This document shows positions 1 to 9,223 of a stretch of DNA of 37,177 nucleotides, piece after piece (the stretch's first letter is position 1; every line of letters starts with the position of its first letter). Source of the stretch: Octopus bimaculoides (taxonomy: Eukaryota); contig NC_068994.1 in NCBI RefSeq assembly GCF_001194135.2, positions 48,429,191-48,466,367 of the forward strand, given 5' to 3'. The position numbers were made by a program, and so were the translations under genes. Below the pieces are notes generated by a model. The model made no database searches, was not told the origin of the DNA, and saw nothing but the letters and a program-made list of their open reading frames with translations.

Positions 1-47
<47 letters not shown>

Positions 48-60
48 CATTCTCTCTCTC
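1..60. repeat. (CA)n microsatellite followed by short (TC)n
   Basis: Directly visible. Confidence 0.95.
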
Positions 61-256
61 GGACACACACGCACTCACGTACTTACACACAGAATACTTA
101 CGCATTCATATACAATAGCGCTAACCTGCTATCTTAAAGATAGCACGTTGTCGCTTCAGTGGGATTTATTTGGAAGGGCACTTAGTGTATATTTTTGCAC
201 GGGAATAAAGGCGTAAATAGTAAAATACATCAATTTGACTGGGTAAGTCACAACGC

Positions 257-274
257 AAAGGTTGAGAATCACTG
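257..274 (-). mobile_element. Isolated hAT/Charlie-like terminal inverted repeat
   Basis: Reverse complement reads CAGTGATTCTCAACCTTT, resembling the CAGTGGTTCTCAACCT terminus of Charlie-type hAT elements. No partner end found. Confidence 0.45.
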
Positions 275-420
275 ATGTAAGGGATTCTTCATTGGCTGAA
301 AATGTTTATTGCTTTTGTTGTTTTGCCCTATGTCACACTGTGGTTTAACAACCCTATGTCCAAAGCCTTTCAACCATGAACATCTATTTTTTTGTATAAC
401 GAAGATTACATTCTTTAATG

Positions 421-870
421 TACGAAGTAGTTTTAAAAAGTTCCAGGATTGGTTATGTTTGATAAAAAGCAACTTATTTATTTAAGTTTTAACATCATCT
501 TCTTCGAAATAGTCAGCTTGCGCAGTAATACAGTAATCCCTTGGCATATCGCGGTTCACCTATCGCGGTTTATTATTTAAGCTTACGTCGATTCCTCCGT
601 GGTGTTGTTTTGGATTTATAATACAATAAATATATACAAATTATAAAAATAAGAAAAAATATACAGTACTGTTTCTACTTCGCGGATTTTCACCCATCGC
701 GGGGCGTTTTGGAACGTAACAGCCACGATAGTCGAGTGATTACTGTACACCAACTCCAGCGTTTCTTCCACTTTTGGAATCCGGTCTGGAAGTCGTTTTC
801 CGTAAGCGAGTCGAAGACCTTCTGCGATTCGCTCTGGATCTTGACAACGGTGTTAAAACGGCGACCTTTG
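421..870 (-). mobile_element. Mariner transposase 3' relic with terminal repeat, interrupted by a MITE
   Basis: Removing 531-745 and one TA gives minus-strand KGRRFNTVVKIQSESQKVFDSLTENDFQTGFQKWKKRWSWCITAQADYFEEDD, a typical mariner C-terminus. TIR-like TACGAAGTAGTTTTAAAAAGTTCC at 421. Confidence 0.85.
531..745. mobile_element. Tigger/pogo-like MITE (215 bp) with TA target-site duplication
   Basis: Left end CAGTAATCCCTTGGCATATCGCGG. Right end reverse-complements to CAGTAATCACTCGACTATCGTGG. TA at 529-530 and 746-747. Confidence 0.85.
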
Positions 871-1008
871 TTCTGAGATCAAATTCCGCCGAGGTCGACT
901 TTACCTTTCATCCTTTAAGGATCGATAAAATACCAGTTGAACACTGGGATTGATGTAGTCTTACTCCTTCTTCCTCCGAAATTGCTGGCCTTGTATCAAA
1001 ATTTGAAA
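871..1008 (+). mobile_element. SINE-like family A, 5'-truncated copy
   Basis: Aligns by eye with copies at 9010, 19027, 28505, 28750 and 35614 (ttctgagwtcaaatt...taccagttga...aattgctggccttgt). Confidence 0.8.
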
Positions 1009-1421
1009 TCAATAAATAACTATTCACATGAACGTCCTTTTAAAGGAATCGAACAACTAAACAAATTGTTAAATTTATTTTGTAGATGGAGAAGTCCGCC
1101 TGAACCGTCTAACCAAAATTACTCATCCCAATATCGAATGTGACAATGGAATGGTTCACGTCATTGATAGAGTTTTGATACCGTCAAAATTACGACATCT
1201 AGGCTAAGTCGACGACAGACATTTTCTGCGAATGAAGAAACAAATAGGCAAGCGTTGATAGGGACTGAATGTTTGAAAAATCACCTCTCACTTGAATGCT
1301 TACCTTGCATTGACAAATGTGTGAATTTTTTTTTCAATTAATAAAGATACAGCAGATGTAATAAAGATATAACGTATTTTTAGATAGTTATTATTTTCAG
1401 TTTATATACGTCGACATAGTA

Positions 1422-1494
1422 CCTTTCTTTCTTTTTTCTTTCTTTCTTTCTTTCTTTCTGTCTTTTTTTCGTTCTCCCCATCTTTCGGTTTCTT

Positions 1495-1548
<54 letters not shown>

Positions 1549-1714
1549 GTCAGTCTGTCTGTCTGTCTATCTTCCTGCCTGCCTGCCTGTCTGTCCATCC
1601 ATCCACCCCTCCATCCGTCCATCCGTCCGTCCGTCCATCCGTCCGTCCGTCCGTCCGTTCGTTCGTCCGTCTGTCTGTCGATCCTTAATTATCTACCAAT
1701 CTGCCTCTCAAAAC

Positions 1715-1782
<68 letters not shown>

Positions 1783-1783
1783 A
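1422..1783. repeat. Compound tetranucleotide microsatellite (TTTC, TATC, TGTC, TGCC, CCAT, CCGT, TATC)
   Basis: Directly visible. Confidence 0.9.
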
Positions 1784-1861
1784 TATTCTCAGCATAATCA
1801 ATGGTGGCCGGTTGAAATTTGAAAAGCTAAAAGAAAATAATAATAATAATAATAATAATAA

Positions 1862-2239
1862 AATTGAGAAAGAAAGCAAACTATGCTGGATCATAGATAT
1901 AACATGCCCAGCTGACAACAAGGTATGCGATAAGGAAGAAAGAAAAGTCGATAGATATGACAGGTTAGCTTGGGAGGTTAAGCAGCTGTGGTCGATGAAA
2001 CAAGTGGTAGTAGTACCAATAATTGTCGAAGCCCTGGGAACAGTGAGTAAAAATCTTGAGAAGTACGTGGAACAAATAGAAGCTGCAATAAGGGTGGAAC
2101 ACTTGCAGAAAACAGCACTGCTTGGAACCGCTCGAATACTCCGGAAGGTGCTCGAAAAATAAGGGGTGTTACCTTAGTTCACTAGTAGTGAACAGATGAC
2201 ACTGTAGACATCCCCAGCGCTAGAAGCTCTGCAAAGGCT
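1862..2239 (+). mobile_element. Dong/R4-clade non-LTR retrotransposon, 5'-truncated (restriction-like endonuclease C-terminus plus 3'UTR)
   Basis: ORF 1812-2162 reads CWIIDITCPADNKVCDKEERKVDRYDRLAWEVKQLW...VVPIIVEALG...LQKTALLGTARILRKVL, the RLE tail pattern of R4/Dong elements. (TAA)n lies on both sides. Confidence 0.8.
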
Positions 2240-2604
2240 AATAATAATAATAACCATAATGATTTCTTTATTAACCACAAGGGTTTACATTAACACTGGT
2301 TGTCAAACGTTGGTGGGGGACATACTTAAGTACATATACACACACACACGTACATAATTATGCGCTTTGGTTACAGCATTAGAGCATTTTAGCTCTTATT
2401 TCTAGCAATGTATGCGTTTATAACACCCTACTCGCATTTAGTGACAATTATAGTTTTCTCTTTTGGTAAAACATTGCAAACTGCTGTCTATTTTAATCTC
2501 ATATATAAAATTAGAATAGGCGGTGCTCCAGCATGGCCTCAGTCAAACGACTGAAACAAGTAAAAGGATAAAAGAATATATATATATATTATTTTAATTA
2601 TTAG

Positions 2605-2822
2605 ACTATGACTATGCTGGAGTACCACCTTAAAGAATTTTCGTCCAACGAATCGACCGCGGTACTTATTAAAAAAAAAAAAATTCTGGTACTTATTCTA
2701 TCAATCACTTTTACCAATCTGCTAAGTTACGGAGATATAAACACACCTCTACCAACTGTCAAGCAGTGGCAGAGGACAAACAGACAGACACACACACACA
2801 CATCTATCTATCTATCTATCTA

Positions 2823-2853
<31 letters not shown>

Positions 2854-2983
2854 GACTCGTTTCTTTCAGTTTCCGTCTACTAAATCCACTCACAAGGCTT
2901 TGGTCGGCCTTGAGCTACAGTAGAAGATACTTGTCCGAGATGCTGTGCAGTGGGACCGAACCCAGAACCATGAAAACGAAGCC
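2605..2983 (-). mobile_element. tRNA-headed SINE-like family B, near full length, with internal (CA)/(TCTA)/(TA) tract
   Basis: Matches copies at 20497 (+) and 23468 (-): tttcagtttccgtctac..aatccactcacaaggctttggtc. A lone + strand tail of the same family sits at 2519-2580. Confidence 0.8.
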
Positions 2984-4900
2984 CACGTCTACTGAAATAT
3001 TTTACGCCTCTCAGTATATTATCAACAAAACAAAAGATTTTCTTATCCATGTAATTGTTCTATCTTCACCAATTTAATCTTATTAAACTTGACAATTTCT
3101 CCGTCCCTTGCTGGAGATTTATGAGCAAAGACGTATCAGCTTTGATCATGCCGTCACTTTTCAGAAACATATCATTTCTAGAATTACATAATCCCCTAAT
3201 TTTCTCCTTTTCCTTGGTTATGATTTCAGGAAGGTTTGATAAGAGCTCGAACGTTCCCATGAAAATCGTTTTTATGCTGAATAATCTGACAAACAGAAGT
3301 TATGTCCCCTACAATGGAATTGTCAAAAAACCGTGTACACGGTCGCTTGAAAAATTAGTTCTCTCGTTTTGAATTTTTTTAATAGAAAGTGTTTCCCTGA
3401 TTTATGGAGTTAACTTTATCCTTCTCACACCGGAAACGAGAATATAGTTTTCTGTTACCATCTGGCTACAGTATAGTTCCTTGTATCTCTCACATGAAAT
3501 GCAACAAGAAATTCGATTCTTTTACGCTGTTAAAACGCAGTTGACAATCTCTAATTATAAGTAGTTCCCTACTTACTACAAATAACTACTTAGTTCTCTG
3601 CCACATCACTCCTACATGTGAGTTAGCTACATAGAATATAGTTCTCTGCTTTTTTCAAAGTCAGTTAATATATTCATTATACAACATTGTTTCTCCACCT
3701 CACATATTTGACAGTGTTTCAGGAGGCGAGTTCTCAGGCGGCGACTTGCCTCTGTTTGTACAAGGAAGTAACTTTCCAGACCGGCGACCGGTGTGTCAGA
3801 ATAAGACGTTCCCTGCATCGCCATGTGCACCTGTCATCGTAGTAGCAGCGCACATATTGACATTCTACAAAATGCCGTCTGTTCATCTGTCAACGTTTTC
3901 TTATCATATCTGTGCTGTCACTGCTGTTGACGGTTACGAAATCGTCGTGAGCAGACGCACACACATATAGACTCCTGACTCAAACAAAGTTGTAATACTC
4001 TTAAAAGGAAACTACATTTCTAATTTACACACAGTCGCACCCTTATATAATATCTCACTGTCTGTCTACCTCTATTATATATTTAAAAAGCTTGATGGAT
4101 TTCATAGCTGCTTGTAACTGTAAGAGAAGAATACTCACGGCTGTCGACAAACAATGGATTAATAATAACACTGCATCTTCTATTACCACAGCAACATTAA
4201 TAACTCTATCAACTGTATCACAATCATTAATAGCTATATACGTCTCGTTCATTTGAACTTTCTTTGTTCATTGTTATCTAAGATGTGATTTTAGAAAAAA
4301 AATTACAAGAACGCAACAACGACCACACCATTACACCGCGAAACATTGCTCGGAAAACTAGCAAACAAACGCCAACAACAACAGCAACAGCAACAACAAC
4401 AACGGTACCTTCACACCTCAACGAATAACAACCGTACCGTAAAATACCGACAAACGACACCACTATCAACAGCAATAACATCAGAAAACACTCCCCATTG
4501 ACTCACGCCATTGAATAACGACAGTCATAGCAACTATTTTTTATTACTGTGTTCGGAGAGAATTAAAACGGGGGGAAATACAAGAAAATAACTACAGGAA
4601 TATGTTACGATTTCCACCTCCAACACTACAATAACTGAAACAACTACATTAATAAGCTCTGTCTCGGTTATAGTAATAGTGATAACAAAGACACAAACTT
4701 TATAAGATATAATTTTTATGTACAAACATTAACAATTATTGTTTATTTGCCATAATGTTCAGGGAGATATAAACGTTACAATTCGATAATTTCAAGAATT
4801 GTTTTATAGTATTATTATTATTATCATCATCATCATCATCATCATCTTCACCAGTGTCGCCGTCGTCACCATCAGGAAGGAAACGAGAATCTGTCATCGA

Positions 4901-6367
4901 ATGGGAACTGTATTACAAGAGAGAGAACAGAATGACTGCTGTATTAAGAAACCTTATGTTATCCCTACCCGAAGCGGTGTCGGTGGTGTACCAGGTAGGA
5001 CAAAGATCACCAACAACGCTATGACCACAGCAACCGCAGGCGCTACAAACAACAACAACAACAACAACAACACCTTCATTCTTATCCTTGCACCCTCTAT
5101 TACTAATATTCTTACGGTTGTTAATAATTGTGATATTGGGAGTCGGATCAAAGCTTGTGAAGAAGAAGAAAATAAAGGAAAGGATGGTGGTATTGGTGAC
5201 CTGCGGATAAAAACTTCTGTTGTTGGGGTGTTCGGTTCAGACCTTAACCATCACCCTAGCTTGGTTCTCCCGCGAAGCAATGCATTAGGTAGGTTAAAAT
5301 TGATATTCCCAACCTCATTCAACATTACTAACAACAATATTGTCACCGCTATCTCGACAACAACAACAACAACAACTATAAATGCTAGCTGTTCCCCCAC
5401 GAATATTTTATCGTGCTGGATTAAGGCTTGTGAAAAGGGAGAAAGAAACCCGCATGTTACGAGTTCGGACACCGAGGACCCTCGTTTAAATTATTATCAA
5501 AAATTGTTGAATTGCCCAGTATTTTGTGAGGAATCGATATGTAGGGTGGTTCTGATGGAGCTGCTCGTTTTAAACTCCCTTCAGTCTAGTTGTCCTGTTG
5601 TTACTGATGCTACTGATGATGCTGTGTGTAATAATTTTGGTTATCGTTGGTGTGTGAGAGAAAGGGGTTTACCGGGTCACAATGAAAACCCTCTCTTGAA
5701 ACTGAACTCTCATCGATCCTACGACAACGTCTCCAGGCCGAGTGACCACCGTTTATTACTAGTATTATCTTACGACTGTGAAACTTGCCTAATAGAGAAA
5801 GCCTGCGCCTGTTGTCATCACTACCGACAACTTCAGCATCATCAGCGACCTCGTGGCCAGTACCATCATAGGATTAGCAACAGTTCTTACATCACTAACT
5901 GTAACAACTATGTCTTTGACAGCAACAAATATGTCTATGATGGTGACAAGCGAATCATAAACAATAAGAACAATGATTGCAACTTCGATATTAACAACGG
6001 CGATGGTAAGAATAAAAGATGCAAAAACAATAACAGGAGTATTAACCATTGCTACACTACAAACAATGAGAATTGCCTCACCGCCACGACCCTGAGTAAC
6101 AACAATCACAACATTTGTACTGCCACAACCATCATCAACAACAACAACAGTATTCATGCTACTACAACCACTAATGCCATTAACTATAACCACAATGCCA
6201 TCCACACCATCAACACCAGTACCACTAACAACAACAGCTATACTACTAGCACCAACAGAAATCGTAAACCTCAATCACTGCTGTTCTCTTTATATCACCA
6301 GTTTGTTTCTGCATTTTTCTTACACTCTGTCCTTTCTTCATACAATGTGATATTTGTAGCATTTACA
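4901..6367 (+). CDS. Possible in-frame N-terminal extension of the GPR180/TMEM145-like gene (Asn/Thr/Cys-rich, low complexity)
   Basis: 489 stop-free codons from ATG 4901 run into the conserved part of exon 1. In-frame ATGs at 4901, 5021, 5555. No recognisable homology; could instead be UTR or intron. Confidence 0.4.
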
Positions 6368-6778
6368 ATGTTTTCACTGGGGATGCTGCCAACAACTAGC
6401 CAGGCCCTTCACCTGCAAGGTGTTTGGAAAAGTGACAACTTCTTTCTGTTTCTGGCAAAGTTTGGCTTTCAGAAGACAGACCTTAGAGACTTAGAACACA
6501 CCCAAGGAATCATATATGGACAAGTGTTTTCTAACAGCAAAAATCCCATCTCAGCTGCTGACCAACACTCGTCCAATCCAAAGCTGACATTGGTACTGGT
6601 GGACAGTGAGTATTTCATGGAATACTATGGCAACCGGACTTCACATGATTTGAATCGCTGTTCTCGAATGTTTGACAAGATTGATACAATAGCCTTTGAT
6701 TATAAATGTCGGCCTAAAGGGCTGGAGGACTTTCTTCGGAAGGTGCCTTGTTCTGAGAATCAGATGTGTGTTGATGAG
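6368..6778 (+). CDS. GPR180-like: GPR180/TMEM145-family (GOST) protein, coding exon 1 core: signal-like segment and lumenal domain
   Basis: MFSLGMLPTTSQA-LHLQGVWKSDNFFLFLAKFGFQKT...LVDSEYFMEYYGNR...FLRKVPCSENQMCVDE, then donor GAG|GTAAGA (phase 0). The true start codon is uncertain. Confidence 0.85.
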
Positions 6779-6877
6779 GTAAGAATTTTCTATATGAATT
6801 GTATTTGAAAAGTTTACAATGTTCTTGAAGATATGGGCTTAAACATCAGCTGATATATAGATATATATATATATATA

Positions 6878-7075
6878 TGAGGAGATGCTGAAAAGTTCTT
6901 GGCTTTGGGTAAAATACAGGAGAATCAGTTATGATTTTATTCAACATATTCACACACTTATTGCAGTGGTCCTTCAGTTTTTCTAAGCCTTGTAAAAGAA
7001 CCGTAAAAGAATTAGTGCCTCCAACCAGGCCTTTTGCGATACCCTTAAAGCCAAGAACTTTTTATCACCGCCTCG
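6878..7075. mobile_element. Mariner-derived MITE (198 bp) inserted at TA within a (TA)n tract
   Basis: TGAGGAGATGCTGAAAAGTTCTTGGCTTT ... AAAGCCAAGAACTTTTTATCACCGCCTCG are inverted repeats, with TA at 6876-6877 and 7076-7077. Confidence 0.85.
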
Positions 7076-7245
7076 TATGTATGTATGTATATATATATAT
7101 ATATATATAAAACGAGATCCTGTCAGACCTTCCCCAACAACACTTCTTTTAATAAAGAATAAAAAGTTTAGAATGGTACAACAATGCACTATAGAACAAA
7201 AAAAAATGGACTATATACCTGTTGTAATTTGGTTATCTATAGTCC

Positions 7246-7281
7246 GATGATATTTCGGAATTACAATTCCTTCTTCAGATC
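7246..7281 (-). ncRNA. Candidate minimal type-I hammerhead ribozyme motif
   Basis: Minus strand GAU-CUGAAGA-A-GGAAU(UGUA)AUUCC-GAAA-UA-UC-AUC: core boxes, 5-bp stem II, palindromic minimal stem III, 3-bp stem I. Confidence 0.5.
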
Positions 7282-7584
7282 TTTTTAGCTGATCCATCCC
7301 CCTGTCACTCTTCTAACTTTGGTACTATTCACCTTGGTGCTGTAAGTGATACTATTTAACCCCCTACACTTCATACTGTCCTATTACTGTCACTTATCAC
7401 CTTCTCCCTAACCCACTTCTATTTCCTTCCCTCCCCCACCCCAACTGATTTTCATCATTGCCCATGTCTCCAATCATGCACTCCATTCACTGCACCCACC
7501 TGTATCCCCATCTCCCAAACTTACCTACCTACATGTCTGTCACTAAGTGTTTTGCAAGTTACTTACTTGGTAATCTTACTCTGG

Positions 7585-7785
7585 TGCTGGTATCACATAA
7601 AAAGCACCCAATACACTATGTAAAATGGTTGGCACACTGAGAAGAGCATCCAACCCTAGAAACCTTGCCAAAACAGACACTGGAGCCTGGTGCAGTCCTC
7701 TGACTTGCCAGCTCCTGTCAAACCGTCCAATCCAAACCAGCATGGGGAACGGATATTAAATGTTAATGACAATGATGGTGGTGAT
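7585..7785 (+). mobile_element. Family C repeat (SINE or LINE 3' end with (ATG)n-like tail)
   Basis: Matches 16250-16400 (+) and 22405-22600 (-): gcatcc.....tagaaacc..gcca...gcatgg..aac.ga..ttaa.tgatgatg. Confidence 0.7.
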
Positions 7786-8349
7786 TTCCAATGTAAATTG
7801 TAGACTCATGTGGCAAACGTGGGAAATATGAAAGTTCCTTTACTCTTGATGATTCCTTCAGGCATGCTTTTGCATGCAAAAAAAAAAAAAAAAAGGCTTA
7901 ATATTTTTCTCATTGCACATATGTTTACATACATACATGTACATGTATGTACATATACACACGTATATATGTGTATATTTTTTTCTAATTTTGGGTTTTT
8001 GTGGGGTTTCTTTTCAGACTGTATCAGAGAAGAGTAAAAATTACATTCATAAATTTTGAGATGGGAGGAATTGAATAATTGGTGAGGAAGAAACTGTTTG
8101 ATATGGGGTTAAGATGTTAACAACAAAGTTGAAGGAAAGGTTTTAAAAAAAGGAGGATAAAGAATTAACAACACATGATGGGTATTAAGTGTGTGTGTAC
8201 ATTTAATGGGGAATGGATGGGTGTATAAGTGGAGGAATATATTCATTTTGTGATTAAAATCAGTTACAAGAATTGAAATCCACACTTTGTAATCAGTTAT
8301 TAATAAACTGGCCTGTTTGGGAATAGTGTATAGTTGTGCATGTGCTTAA

Positions 8350-8570
8350 CCCTTTAGCATTTAAACTGGCCATATCCGGCCAAAATATTCTACCTGTTTT
8401 ATGTTCAAACTGGCCAGATTCAGGTTCTCTCACCTCTCCTACAATGCCATTGCTAAAAATAAACAATTACATTATTGAAATCTTGAAGCTACAAGATAAT
8501 GCATAATTAATTCAAAGGAATGTGAATAAACAAGTATTACCTTTGACTGAGTAGTCTGAATGCTAAAGGC
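8350..8570. mobile_element. TTAA-flanked (piggyBac-type) MITE, 221 bp
   Basis: TTAA|CCCTTTAGCATTTAAAC ... GTCTGAATGCTAAAGGC|TTAA. Confidence 0.8.
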
Positions 8571-8576
8571 TTAATG

Positions 8577-8621
<45 letters not shown>

Positions 8622-9009
8622 TTTTATAATGAAAATATTGGTAATTCTTTATTTTATTTTGTATGTTAGTGAATTCCTACTGTTCCAAAATATCTATTCA
8701 ACTTGTATGTTACATATTCATCAATTAGCTACCTCAATCTGTTCCAGAAATCTACTCAATCTAACCATCAGAACTCTACCAACTTCAATAACTTCAGGTG
8801 TAATTACATCTAGCCACTCGCAGGTAACTGTATGGCAAATGAAATAGGATATTGTGCTACAGTCAACACCTGTGCAACGAATATTTCCTCATTTGAAAAC
8901 AAACTTTACTAGTATACCTATTGTTTCTGTAACCTCAATAGAAAAACAAACACCTTGTTATCAAGTTATATTTGGTTCCTAGGTACTGGTAAAGCCCCTT
9001 ATAATATTG

Positions 9010-9223
9010 ATTCAAATTTCGGCACAAAGCCAGCAATTTTTGGGGAGGGGGTAAGTTGACTACATCAATCCCAGTGCCCAACTGGTACTTACTCTATCGA
9101 TCCTGAAAGGATGAAAGGCAGAGTTGACCTCAGTGGAATTTGAACACAGAACATAGAGACAGGAAGAAATGCCGCTAAGCATTTTGCCTGGCATGCTAAC
9201 GATTCTGCTAGCTTGCCGCCTTA
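9010..9223 (-). mobile_element. SINE-like family A, full length
   Basis: Reverse complement of the 28750 copy along its whole length. Confidence 0.85.

Noticed and set aside
3055-3970. Short ORFs 3055-3372, 3066-3260, 3627-3830, 3746-3970 as exons of a divergent gene
   Set aside because: No recognisable motifs and no consistent splice chain could be built. The region is CpG-rich and non-repetitive, so a transcript cannot be excluded without RNA data.
5789-6274. 161-aa Val-rich minus-strand ORF (and 4954-5151, 5251-5472)
   Set aside because: Antisense shadow of the AAC/ACT-rich long + strand ORF; no independent support.
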